The position numbers and the translations under genes are program-made. The notes under the pieces are model-generated. The model worked only from the letters and a program-made list of their open reading frames with translations, was not told where the DNA came from and did no database searches. A stretch of 64,000 bases of DNA. Origin: the human T2T-CHM13v2.0 reference genome, Homo sapiens. Positions within the stretch are counted from its first letter, which is position 1; each line of letters starts with the position of its first letter. Below are positions 41,014-60,602 of the stretch, one piece after another. The DNA lies in the NCBI RefSeq assembly GCF_009914755.1, contig NC_060928.1. One strand, given 5' to 3'.

Positions 41014-41311
41014 TCATTCTTTATTCTGCTGTCACTGATAATCATTCTTGCTGTCATTTGGGGGCAAGGGTACATGCTTTCTTTCACTATTATTCTGAGG
41101 CATATACTTTATTACCTTTTTATGTAACTTAGTGTATCAAGGACATGTTTTATGTTGTTTAGTAGTCATCAAAATATTTTATTTTCATTCCACTTCCATT
41201 ATTTATTGAGTTTCTTCCCTGTACCTGGAAATATAAATTATTTCTTACATTTTATAAAATGATACAGTTATTTACACCTTGTAAAATACTGGGCATATTT
41301 ATAATCGTCTT

Positions 41312-42361
41312 TATCTGGGAACCTGCCCCGATATTCATGTAGGTTCTTTTCTATTTTCCTTAAGCGTCGGCCAGCTTGAGAAATAAAGGGACAGAGTACA
41401 AAATAGAGAAATTTTAAAGCTGGGCATCCGTAGGTTCCATGATGCCCCACAAGCTGCAAAAACCAGCAAGTTTTTATTAGGGAGTTTCAAAAGGGGAGGG
41501 AGTGTGCGAATAGGTGTGGGTCACAGACATCAAGTACTTTACAAGGTAATAGAATATCACAAGGCAAGTGGAGGCAGGGTGAGATCACAGGACCACAGGA
41601 TGGGGTGAAATTAAAATTGCTAATGAAGTTTTGGGCACCATTGTCATTGATAACATCTTATCAGGAGACAGGGTTTTGAGATCAACCGGTCTGACCAAAA
41701 TTTATTAGGCAGGAATTTCCTCTTCCTAATAAGCCTGGGAGCGCTATGGGAGACTGGAGTCTATTTCACCTCTGCAGTCTCGACCTTCAGAGACAGGCGC
41801 ACCTGGGGGGGCTGTTTATACGCCTATACCTCCAGACACGTATTCTCTTTCTCAGGGATGTTCCATGCTGAGAAAAAGAATTCAGCGATATTTCTCCCAT
41901 TTGCTTTTGAAAGAAGAGAAATATGGCTCTGTTCTGCCTGGCTCACCGGTGGTCAGAGTTTAAGGTTATCTCTCTTATTCCCTGAACTATTGCTGTTATC
42001 CTGTTCTTTTTCCAAGCTGCTCACATTTCATATTGCTCAAACACACATGCTGTACAATTTGTGCAGTTAATGCAATTATTACAGGGTCCTGAGGCAATAT
42101 ACATCCTCCTCAGCTGACAAGATTAAGAGATTAAAGTAAAGACAGGCATAGGAAATCACAAGGGTATTGATTGGGGAAGTGATAAGTGTCCATGAAATCT
42201 TTACAATTTATGTTTAGAGATTGCAGTAAAGACAGGCATAAGAAATTACAAAAGTATTAATTTGGGGAACTAATAAATGTCCATGAAATCTTCACAATCC
42301 ACATTCTTCTGCCATGGCTTCAGCCAGTCACTCCGTTTGGGGTCCCTGTCTTCCCACGACA
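41312..42361 (-). mobile_element. MER11 (HERV-K11/HML-8) solo LTR
   Basis: Minus strand begins TGTCGTGGGAAGACAGGGACCCCAAACGGAG; 1050 bp; 6-bp TSD CGTCTT/CATCTT (CpG decay). Confidence 0.88.
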
Positions 42362-43011
42362 CATCTTAGAACAGACTTCCAAGAAATTCAATTACTTGGC
42401 CAAAAATGCATGTACATTTCTTACTGTTTTAATGCAGATTGTCAAATATTTCTTGGAAAGATTTTTAACATTTAATACCTCACTTAGTGATGTAAAACTT
42501 TGTTCACTCACTCTCAAATACTACGCATTCCATAAAACTAGTTGTTTTGCCAATTTGATAAGAAAGAACTTGTATCCCCATGTGTATTGCTACACAATTG
42601 AACATTAAAAAATAATCTACATTTAATTTGATTCATTTGTATTCATTTGTCTTCACTTGTATTCATTTGCATTTCCACCTTAGTCAATTCCCTCTTCATG
42701 GTTTTTGCCCTCATCTCCATTTATTTTTCTTAGCAACTTGTAAACACACTCTCTAATTCAAGATATTAACCTTTGACTAGCAGGCAGATAGCTACATTTT
42801 CCCTTATTCAACATGCACCTGTGTGCACATGTATGCATACAGATATGAGGGTAAAGACCTCAGCCTTGAAAGAGTTTTTTTTTTTTTTTAAGTGACTTAA
42901 AGAAGATAGATAATTATATCTCTCTCATAAAATTATACCTGATGGGAGTGGTCTAGTTTAGCATAGCCTTTATTTAGAAACGCAGATTACTTCCTTCTGA
43001 CTGCTAAAGAG

Positions 43012-43198
43012 CAGGAATCAGCAAACTACCCTCAAATCTGGCCCTCCACTGCATTTTGGCAAGTACAATCTTATTAGAACACAGCTCTGCCCATTTTATT
43101 TATAGATTGTCTATAGCTGCTTTTGTGCTAGAATAGAAGATCTGAGTAATTGACACAGAGACCATCCAGTTGACAAAGCCTAAAATATTTACTATCTG
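43012..43198 (+). mobile_element. MER58-like hAT-Charlie element
   Basis: caggaatcagcaaact...aaagcctaaaatatttactatctg. Confidence 0.7.
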
Positions 43199-43614
43199 AA
43201 TAATTATGGAAAACTAGTTAATTTCTCCACAGAGTTTTGTTCTTGTCTCCATGGTCACAACTAACCAATAGGCACATCCATGTATACGAACATGGGGAGG
43301 GAAAGGAAGAGCTCTAGGGCAGGTAGTGGGTCTTTAAATTGTGGAAAACCTGGAAAGTATACAAATCACTGTTGTTCATATACAGTTAGTGAAATTTACT
43401 CACATAGCCATGCCAATCTTCAAGCACAGCTGGGAAATGTAGTCTTCAGGTAAGCAGCCATGTGCCCAGTCTAAATTCTACTACTATAGAAAAAAGAGAG
43501 AACAGATTGTTTACATTTTTACATTATCAAATATACTATTTTTTATTTTTGAAATCTTTTTTAATTTTGATTTTAGAAAGTACTTTCAAGTCTTTACACA
43601 AGACATTTGCTTTC

Positions 43615-45531
43615 TGTGGTAGGTAAAATAATAGTTTCCTCCCTTCCAAGATATCTATGTCTAAATCCCTGGCATTTCTAAGTATGTTACTGTATTTGAC
43701 AAAAGAAACTTTGCAGATGTACTTAAGCTAAGAATCTAGAAATGAAAAAATCATTCTGGATTATTTAGGTAGACCCAACATAATCATAAGGGTACTTCTA
43801 AGCAGAAGAAAGATACAGAAGGGAGAGGCAAAAGAAACTCTGACTATAACAGAGATCAGAGTGGCACAATTTGAGAAAAATTGAAACCTGTCTTTGAATG
43901 TGTGGGAAAGGGACATGACTCAAGGAATGTGAGTGGCCTCTAGAGATGGAAAAGGCAAGGAAATGCGTTTTTCCTCTAGAGCTTCCAGAAAGAAATACAG
44001 CCCTGATGATGACTTGATTTTAGCCCAGTAAGGCCTATGTTGGACTTATAACCTATGGGATTGTAAGAATATATATTTGTGTTGTTTTGACACACTAAGT
44101 TTGTGGTAATTTGTTGTGGCCATAATAGAAAATGAATACAGACCCTGGTGCCTGGAAGTGAGAAGCCACAGTGACAATAAGTAGGTGTAAGTGGCTTGAA
44201 ATATGGCAATGAAGAGGGGTTGGAAGAATTCTGAGGATCCTGATAGACTAAGCCTAGATCTTTTTGAACGGGCTGTTGGTAAAAATATGGATATTAGCAA
44301 TTCTGTTAGTGAAAACTGAGAAGGAAATAAGAGCCAGGAGAGAGAGAAATATTTATCACTTTAGAGAATACCTACATTGTCATGAAAAGACTCTTAGTAG
44401 AAAAGTGGATGTTTAAGGCACTGCTTGTACAGACTCAGAAGGAAATGAGGGACATGTTAGGGAAATTTGAGGAAAGGAGAGCCTTGTTATGTAGTGGCAG
44501 AGGTTTCATAGAATTAGGTCTTGTCATTTTGTGGAAATTAGAACTTGGATATTTAGCTGAGAAAATTTTTGAGCAAAATATTGTAGGCATGGCTTGGTTG
44601 CTTCTTGTTGATTACAGTAAAATTCAAGAGGAAATAAATTAAGGGAAGAATGGTCTTTAATAAAAGAAAACATGTTTTGATAGTTTGAGAACTTCTAAGA
44701 CTATTTGGATTGCAAAAAATGAAATTAAGAGAGTCATTGTCAGAAAAGTATGCTATATGAAAAAAATCCAGGGTATGTTTGGATAATCTTTTGCTAAATT
44801 TCAGAAAAACAAAAGATCAGAGTATTCAGAGAGTAAGCATGTGACTCATAGATACCCTTAGCCATCTCAGCAGAAGCCAAAAATGGAAATGGGATTATCT
44901 TTGAAAAATCTGTTGAGGATCCTCTTGTCTAATAGAATTTAATCTGTGGCCTACATAGGAGACCCACCAAGTTTTTGAGAATGTTATATCAGCAGAAAAC
45001 ATTACCTGATTCAACTAAAAATGACTGAGAGGGGATGACATGAAAGAAGGCTCTAAAATCCCCAAAATTCTATAGGCAAAAAACAAGCTGATAAAACTCT
45101 TCAACTGTAAAAGGTGATATGTTTCATGAATAAGGGAAGATGACAATAAGGACAGAGTTGAAAACTCAAAAGGCAAAGCCATGAGCCCACATAAAAGAGC
45201 TAAGAGCTTAGAGGGCGGAGCCAAGAGCTCAGAGGGAGTCAAAACCACAAGCCACAGAAAATTATTCCTAGGGCTTAGAACCTAATGGAATCTGCATCAC
45301 TGGATTTAAAAAAATATTTGGGATTGGTGACTCCTATTTTTCCTTCCATTTTCTCTCCTTTTGAGCAGGAATGCCTGTAAATGTTATCCTATGCCGGCCC
45401 TACTATTGTATTTTAGAAGCAGGTAACCTGCTTGTTTGGTTTATAGGTCCACAGATGGAGAGGAATTGTGCCAACTAAGTGCCACTGTTTGTGATCTTTT
45501 TTTTTTATGGGAGAAATATAAAAAGAATACA
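43615..45531 (+). mobile_element. MLT1 MaLR: LTR (43615-44140), internal region and 3' LTR remnant
   Basis: LTR tgtggtagg...tttgtggtaatttgtt...aatgaataca followed by ~1.3 kb of purine-rich MaLR-internal-like sequence. Confidence 0.72.
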
Positions 45532-47809
45532 CTTCATCTTCTTTTTTAAAAACTCAGTTATTTGATTTGTTTGAAGTGTACATTTTTGTAAGGAAAAATA
45601 TTTTCTATACTTTTTAATAGGTTCTTTCATTCAATGATATCTCTGCCTGGCTTGCGTTATAACTAGTTAAGGAATTCTAGTTTGAATCTGCCTTCTCTCT
45701 TAGGTAACATTTACCAAGCATCCAGCGACAGCCGCTGCACCTGGTGGTCGCTTGTACTTCTCTCATGCTTAGGGATTGTGCTGTAGTGCATTTCTTTTCT
45801 CTGGATAGTGAATGATGGTGGTTAGTGGAGCATGGATTATACCACATACACATTAAACATATGTTCAATTCAGCAAACAAGACATTAAAAATACATACAT
45901 TAAAAAATCCAAAAATTCAGCTTGAATGAATTTACATAGAAAGTTACAATTTGAAGACTATAAGAAGCTGCATGAATTTCAGAATAGTAATGTTTTATGT
46001 TTTATAGTTGCTGATTATAATATAGAAAGAGGATAATCGTGGTCTTTCCAGTGGCTAATGCCTCACATGGCCCACAGGTATGGTAGTGTGGCAGTTAAAA
46101 CAAAAGATACCAGAGCAGGAAGAGAGGTTCCAATCAAGGATTCATTGCTTGTTATCAGTTGCATGATTATGGGCAAGGTAATTAAACCTTCTGTGCATCA
46201 GTGTCCTCATTTGTAAAATGGGGTGATAATAGTACCTATTTGCAAAATTGTTCTTAAATGAGTCACATAAAGCATTTGAAACTGCTTGCTCTTCATATAA
46301 TTATGTCTGCAATTGCACATACCACATATTCAGGTAGGAAAAGCCAAATTTAAAAATATTGAATAAAAAAAAAAGTCAAGAAAGTTTCTTTACCTGATAA
46401 ATTAGCCCTGAGTAGTGACTTTGTGTAAGCTTTCACCAGTTACAGAGTCATTGTTACAGAAGATGACATATATGTAGCATAAAAATACTAATTAAGGTTA
46501 AAATGGAAAAAATTAATAATGGTGAAAATCTCAATCCTGCAGGAATGAGAGTGGACTAATAATGGACTATGTATCATTGCTTAATATATATAAAATGCTT
46601 TTTTTCATTTATTGCTTTCCTTTTTTATACTGTGGGCTTTTGAAGAAAAATAATCTGCTTTTAAATCTTTGTATCTTTAGCACTTAGCATATTGCCTCAG
46701 AGATGTAAGTGAATAATCATTGATTTTGAGTAAATTGAATGTCAGAACAAGTGTTGTAACTTATGAACTTGTTACTCTAATATCTGCATTGCCTCTTGGA
46801 TAAAACATTATGATCTGTGATTGTGGACTGGAATAAAATAAATAAAACACTTGTTCAATCAGAATTCTTGGTTTTCTATTAAATATTTCTTGTAAGCAAA
46901 TATATTTTTCTTACTGAAGAACTCACAATGATACTTTACTTATTGCCAAAGCATAATGATAGTGAGTGAATTTCAGATAAAGAACTTTGCCAGGGACTAT
47001 ATTACCAGCATTTTTTTCTATTAGTTTCTTAATACTGATTTCAATTTTCTAAAAGCATATCTCTAAAAATTTGGAATCTCTATTTGAAAAACTATTTTTT
47101 AAGTATCACAACAGAAGAGTACTTATTTTAAAATTATAGTCATTAGACATTTATTCCATATACAAATTTTCAGACAAAGCCAAATAGTTTTATTATTTAA
47201 GCTAGCTGGATTAAGGAAATCAAGCCAAAAATCCTTAGTGGCACCACTCTTAACAAGAGCTATGAACCGTCGATGTTCCTTAAGTCTTCACAGCATCACC
47301 ATGTATTAGCCATTAGTATGCCCATTTTGATGAAGAACTGACCTTATACATGTTAAGAAGATTGTCCAAAGTCACAAAACAAGTGAGCAGTAGAGCCAAA
47401 CTATAACCATGTCAACATTTAATGAGTTTTTATAATGAGCCAGGCACTGTCCTATGGTCTTTATAGGCATTGCATCATAATCCTTACATGGTATGAGGTA
47501 GGCATTATCACTAAGCACCTTTTCAGGTAGACACAGAAGCTGAAGCATAGAAATACTAATATTAAAATAGGGCAGTAATTTAAAATGTTTGTTAAGTGCT
47601 GAGATGGTCTTCTTTGCATCCCAGCTCAGTTTCTAAACGTAAAATAGATATAATAGGATCGTTTTGAAATTTAATGAAATACCATATGTAAATAGATTAG
47701 AAATGTACCTTATTTACCAACAGGAAACATGGTTCATACCTGTCTAGTATCTGTTACTTATTTTTAAGAGGCTCAGTACTATGTAGATAAAAGTCAGTAC
47801 TGCTTAGAT

Positions 47810-48312
47810 TAGGGATCCCCCACCCCTGGGCCACGGAGGTCCGTGGCCTGTTAGGAACTGGGCTACACAGCAGAAGGTGAGTGACAGGCTAGCAAGTGAA
47901 GCTTCATCTGTGTTTACAGCCATTCCCCATTGCTCACTTTACCACCTGAGCCCCACCTCCTCTCAAATCACCCACAATATTAGATTCTCATACATAGCAT
48001 GAACTCTATTGTGAACTGAGCATGTAAGGGATCTAGGTTGCATGCTCCTTATGAGAATCTAATGCCTGATGATTTGCCACTGTCTTCCATCACCCCCAGA
48101 TGGAACTGTCTACTTGCAGGAAAACAAGCTCAGGGCTCCCACTGATTCTATAATTATTTAATTATATATTACAATGTAACAATAATAGAAATAAAGTGCA
48201 CAATAAATGTAATACACTTGAAACATCCTGAAACCATCCCCCACCCCTGGTCAATGGAAAAATTGTCTTCCATGAAACTGGTCCCTGGTGCCAAAAAGGT
48301 TGGGTACTGCTG
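47810..48312 (+). mobile_element. MER1A hAT-Charlie DNA transposon
   Basis: agggatcccccacccctgggccac...ccctggtgccaaaaaggttgggtactgctg; degenerate 8-bp TSD GCTTAGAT/ATTTAGAT. Confidence 0.88.
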
Positions 48313-49986
48313 ATTTAGATGACTGTTTTAAATTGACCACGTAAACCATAGCAAACAAACAACAACAAAACCTCAGTCTCTTATTGAGCCTTATGTACCA
48401 AATTTTATATAATTTTTGTTTGACTTCAAACTCTCACATATGTGTTGTTTATCCTCATTTTATTGGTGTTAAAAGTAGAACTCAAGAGATGCCAAGTGAC
48501 TTATCTAAGATTGTATGCCCAAACTCTGATGAAGCTCTGCATTGGTCACATGTCCATACAGTTCCAAAGTCTGTGCTCATTCAGTCATACTTCTAAATGG
48601 AGGTTCTGTTTTTAACATTTTTATTTTATTTTAAGTTCAGGGGCACATGTGCTGGTTTGTTACATGGGTATATTGTATGATGCTGAGGTTTGGGCTTCTA
48701 TTACTGGAAGTCATCTAAGTAGTGAACACAGTACTTGATATGTAATTTTTCAACCCTCACCCCCTCCCTCCCTCCCTTCTTTGAGAATCTCCAGTGTTTG
48801 TTGCTGCCATCTTTATATACGTGAGTACCCAAAGTTTTGTTACCACTTGTAAGCAAGAATATGTGGTATTTGGTTTTCCGTTTCTGTGTTAATTTGCTTA
48901 GGGTAATGGCCTCCTGCTGCATCTGCATTGCTGCAAGAGACATGATTTATTTCTCTTTTATGGCTGCATAGTATTCTGTGTTGCATTTGTAGCACCATTT
49001 TCTTTATTCAGTCTACCACTGTTGGGAACCTGGGATGATTCTATGTCTTTGCTGTTGTAAATAGTCCTGCAATAGACATATGAGTGCAGGTGTCTTTTTG
49101 GTAGAAAGATTTATTTCTGTTTGGGTATCCCAGTAATGGGATTGTTAGGTCCAATGGTAGCTCTGTTTTTAATTCTTTGAGCACTTTCCGAACTGTTTTC
49201 CACAGAGTTGAACTAATTTGCATTCCTAACAACAGTGTATAAGTGTTCCCTTTTCTCCACAATCTCAACAACATCTGTTATGCTCTGACTTTTTAATAAT
49301 AGTCGTTCTATTCTGTAAACTGGTGTGAGATGGTATTTCATCATCTTTTTGATTTGCATCTCTCTGATGATTTATAATGGTTAGCATTTTTTCATACGTT
49401 TCTTTGCTATTTGTGTGTCTTCTTTTGAGAAGCATCTTTCATGCTTCTTTTAAGAAGCATGTTCATGCCTTTGCCCACTTTTTAATGGGGTTATTTGTTT
49501 TTATTCTTGTTGATATGTTTACATTTCTTGTAGATTCTGGATATTAGTCCTTCATTAGATGCATAGTTTGCACAAATATTTTCTCCCATTCTGTAGGTTG
49601 TCTGTTTACTCTGTTGATACTTTCTTTTGTTATGCAGAAGGTCATCAGTTTAACTGGGTCCCAATTGTTAATTTTTCTTTTGGTTGCATTTGCTCTGGAG
49701 GACTTAGACATACAATTTTTTGCCTAGGACAAGGTCCACAAGACTATTTTCTAGCTTTTCCTCTAGGATTTTTATGATTTGAGTTATTACATTTAAGTCT
49801 TTAATCCACCATGAGTTAATTTTTGTGAATGATACGAGGTAAGGGTCCTGTTTTATTCTTCTGCATATGGTTAGCCAGTTTTCCCAGCACCATTTATTGA
49901 ATAGAGTATCCTTTCTCCACTGTTTATCTTTGTTACCTTTATCAAGGATCAGTTGTTTTAGGTGTGAAGCTTTATTTCAGGGGTCT

Positions 49987-50696
49987 TGTATTAGGTTTCT
50001 CTAGAGGGACAGGAGTAATATATATTTTATATATATTTCATATATATCTCATATATATATTTCATATATATATACATATATAATATATGTTATATATAAC
50101 ATATATATGTTATATATATAACATATATATGTTATATATATATGAAATATATATGTTATATATATATGAAATATATATGTTATATATATATATAAATATA
50201 TATATATGAAAGGGAGTTTGTTAAGGAGTATCGACTCACACCATCACAAGGCAAAGTCCCATGATAGGCCGTCTGCAAGCTGAGGAGCAAGAGTCAGTCT
50301 GAGTCCTATAACTTCAAATTTAGGGACGCCGACATCGCAGCCTTCAGTCTGTGGCCAAAGGCCCGAGAGCCTCTGGCAAACCACTGGTGTAAGTCCAAGA
50401 ATCCAAAAGCTGAAGAACTTGGAGTCCAATGTTGGAGAGGAGGAAGCATCCAGCACAGGAGAAAGATGAAGGCCAGAAGACTCAGCCAGTCTAGTCTTCC
50501 AGTTTCTCTTGCCTGCTTTATTCTAGCTGTGCTTCAGCTGATTAGATGGTGCCCACTCAGATTGAGGGTGGGTCTGTATCTCCCAGGTCACTGACACAAA
50601 TGTTAATTTCCTTTGATGACAGCCCCACAGACACACCCAGGAACAATACTTTCCATTCTTCAACCAATCAGTTGACACTCATTATTAACCATCATA
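49987..50696 (-). mobile_element. MLT2A (HERV-L) solo LTR with expanded (TA)n
   Basis: tgtattaggtttctctagagggacag...ttgacactcattattaaccatcata; perfect 5-bp TSD GGTCT (49982-49986, 50697-50701); TA-rich tract ~50018-50207. Confidence 0.9.
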
Positions 50697-51101
50697 GGTC
50701 TCTATTCTGTTCCATTGGTCTATGTGTCTATTTTTGTATCAGTACTGTTTTGTTTACTGTATCCTTGTAGTATAGCTTGAAGTAGGGGAATGTGATACCT
50801 CAGGCTTTGTTATTTTTTGCTTAAAATTTCTTTGGCTATTTGGGCTCTTTTATGGTTCTATGTGAATTTAAAAGTAGTTTTTCCTAATTTAGTGAAAAAC
50901 GACAATGGTAATTTGATAGCAATAGCATTACATCTACAGATTGCTTTGGGCAGTATGTCCATTTTAACCATATTGAATCTTCTAATCCATCATTATGGAA
51001 CATTTTTCCATTTGTTTGTGTTATCTGTGATTTCTTTTGCAGTGTTTTGTAGCTCTCCTTGTAGAGATCTTTCACCTTCTTGGTCAGGTATAGTCCTAGG
51101 T

Positions 51102-51103
<2 letters not shown>

Positions 51104-51140
<37 letters not shown>
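51104..51140 (+). repeat. (TG)n microsatellite
   Basis: About 18 uninterrupted units. Confidence 0.95.
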
Positions 51141-51142
<2 letters not shown>

Positions 51143-51753
51143 CTATTGTATATGTGGCCATGTTCTTGATTTGGCTCCAAGCTTAAACATTATTGGTGGA
51201 TAGAAATGTTTACTAATTTTTGAATATTGATTTTGTATCCTGAAACTTTGCTGAAGTTGTTTATTAGGTCTAAAAGTCTTTCAGTGTAATGCTTAGGGTT
51301 TTCTAAGTATAGGATCATACCATCAGTGAAAAGAGATAATTTGACTTCTTTTCCTATTTGGATGCCTTTTATTTCTTTCTTTTGCCTGATTGCTATATCT
51401 GAGACTTCCAGTAGTATGTTGAGTAGGAGTGGTGAGAGTGGACACCCTTGTCTTGTTCCACTCTTTACAGAAAATGCTACCAGCTTTTGCCATTCAGTAT
51501 GATGTGGTCTGTGGGTTTGTCATAGATGGCTCTTATTATTTTGTGTCCTATTCTTTCAATGCCTAGTTGGTTGAGGGTTTTTGTCATGAAGGGATGTTGG
51601 ATTTTATCAAATTCTTTTTCTGTGTCTATTGAGGTGATCATATAGTTTTTGTTTTTAACTATATTTATGTGGTGAATTACATTTATTAATTGCATATTTC
51701 TGGGCCTTGAAGCCCAGAAATAAAGTCCACTTGATTGGGATCAATTAACTTTT

Positions 51754-57908
<6,155 letters not shown>

Positions 57909-60489
57909 AATTAACTTTTGAAGTGCTGCTGAATCTGGTTTGCTAAAATCTTGTTGAGGATTTTTGTGTATTGTATTCATGAGGGATATTGGCCTGCAGT
58001 TTTCTTTGTTGTTGTTGTTTCTGTGTCTTTGCCAGATTTTGGAGTCAGGATGAACCGGTTTCATAGAATGAGTTAGGGAGTTGTCCTTCCTGCTGTATTT
58101 TTTGAAATATTTTCAATAGGATTGGTACCAGCTCTTTTTTGTATGTCTAGTAGAATTTGGCTGTGAATCCTTCTGGTCCAGGGCTATTTTTGATTAGCAG
58201 AATTTTTATTAATGATTCAATTTCATTACTCACCATTTATCTGTTTAGGATTTCTGTTTCTTCCTGGTTCAATCTTGGGGCATTGCATGTTTCCAGAAAT
58301 GTATCCATTTCCTCTAAATGTTCTAGTTTGTGTGCATAGAGATGTTCATAGTAGTCTCTGAGGATCTTTTATATTTCTGTAGGATAAATTGTGATATCAC
58401 CTTTGTCGTTTCTGATTGTGCTTATTTGGATCTTCTCTACGTTTTTCTTTGTTAATCTAGCTAGTGGTCTATCAATCTTGTTTATTCTTCCAAATAACTG
58501 GACCACCCTTAAATTTCCAAATATCAAAACTAATTATTAATTTTCAGTTTCTCTTACGAACAGCCACTAGCAGCAGAGTTACCAAGAAAATGAATCAAAT
58601 GATGTGTTCTCTCATCAAAATTGCAGGAGAGAGAGCACAATGATGAACAATGCATAACTATTGTCAGACTATGCTCACATATCCTTTAAAAGCATAGTTT
58701 AGACCAATTTTTTTCCATATAGACATTTTACCTCTGACAAAAACTAAGAAAATTATAAAAGAAAATGAATTTAAAAGTACTTTTACATGAGAGGCAGTTG
58801 ACATCTAAATAGGCACATTTTCAATTTTGGAGTTATTTATGGACAACTAAACGTTGATATAATTTTACAAACAGAATTTGATTTCAATGATATAATACAT
58901 GATATTTAAAATAACTCACTTGAGCTTATAATTCTCACAGGCGAAATGGTTTTATTGTTTTATAATGATATCATATACTCTTAATTTCCTCTCCACTGGA
59001 ATCAAATCTACCTGATTAATTTGGAAGCATTCATTTGGGCTTGCTGAGCTATATTCCACTGAGTGGCAACTAGTGGGTCATTTAGTTTTCACACATTGAA
59101 ATCCACAAGTGGAACATTCCTGATATCAACATAAAAGCAAAATTTTGTAAGCCACCAAAGAAGCATCTGTATGTATGCCTTGATGGCTACAGGATTGTAC
59201 GTTCCTCAGCTTTACCAACACCTGTTCAAACTCACTTCCTGAAATAACTTCGTTCTATTCCAAAGACATCTACCAAGCACATTAGGAACTGTTAAAGTAA
59301 TATTCTTGGGACGTATTTTTCTAGTTTAAATACATGTCTCTTTCTTGCATTCATAGAAATTTACCTAAAATATGTAATAATTTTATAAATTATTATACTC
59401 CATATTCCTAAATTTCTAAGTCAAATGTATTCAAGGAGATCTTTTCCCAATTTTCTGTCTTGGTAAAACTCTTCAGTATTATCAGCGTCATTAATATGTA
59501 CACTAGCAAGATAATCCACTTTAAGGATAACAAAAAAATGCTTTGAGACAGTGTTATGTTAATATGTTCAAACAAGTTACACTATTCAAGTGACAGTGAA
59601 AAAGCTTGTATTCTTATTTTTATTTTGGTCTATGGTAGAAACATATTTTCTTGCATGTGAACATATCCTGTCAAAATAGGTCATCAGCCTCCCAAATGTT
59701 AACTTCATGCAATCCTGTGCTGTCTTGTCACTAGGACTTATGTTTTCTATGTCTTTCCAGAGTATCATTTGCAAACCAAACTGCCCTCCTTTAGGCACAC
59801 AGCATTATTCTCATTATTATTTTTTTGCAATAAATTAACTCTTTAATGTTATCTAACAGAGATAAGGAGCACAGTATTTTCACACTCTAGAGGTAGGGAT
59901 TGATTCATGCTCCTATCCTTACTCTCTTCACAGCAGTTGTTGTTTATTTGTGCATGTGTGGAGTGGGGAGTAGATATTGAAATGCTGATTTCCTGACCCA
60001 GTGACTTGTAAATTTTCCCAGGAGGAAAACTGTTTTTTTTGTTTTTCGTTTTCAAACTTATTGTTTCATGGTTACAAGGTGGCTACCATGAAAGAAAGAG
60101 TAAGTTGATAGGTCAGCAACATCTGTTCAACTCACTCAAATAGCAAAGACTTCCCAGAGATTGTCCAGCTGATATTTTATTGACCTAATTAAGAATTAAG
60201 AAGAATTGGTTTAATTTAAATAAAAATAGAATATTGTTGCCATCCCAGCTATTAGTTTAACAGCTACAAATCATTCTTATAAAGCCTTTTTATCTGCTTA
60301 TGTATGCATAACAGTAACAAAGTCTACCAACTATTGAGGCTTATGATATGCTAATTTCCATGTTATTTCCTTACATTGTCTTAATATTCACAACAACCTT
60401 AAGAGTTAGTCATTATTATATCTATTTATAGATTAAGACTGGAAAATTATGAAAATGGGTACCTTGCCCTTTATCATGAGCACTAAGCT

Positions 60490-60602
60490 TGATATTTTAT
60501 TTTGCCCAAATTCCTACCTAAGGGTTCTAGGGAGTCATGCCCTATAAACCATAAATTCTCATCATATGGGTTTTATTTGACCATGTATATCATATATATA
60601 TC
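60490..60602 (+). mobile_element. ERV1 (MER4-group-like) LTR 5' fragment
   Basis: gcccaaattcctacctaagggttctagggagtcatgccctataaaccataaattctcatc resembles a recalled ERV1 LTR start and directly precedes gag-like sequence. Confidence 0.5.

Noticed and set aside
42130-42300. ~90-bp internal tandem duplication
   Set aside because: As I recall, this is part of the MER11 LTR consensus rather than locus-specific.
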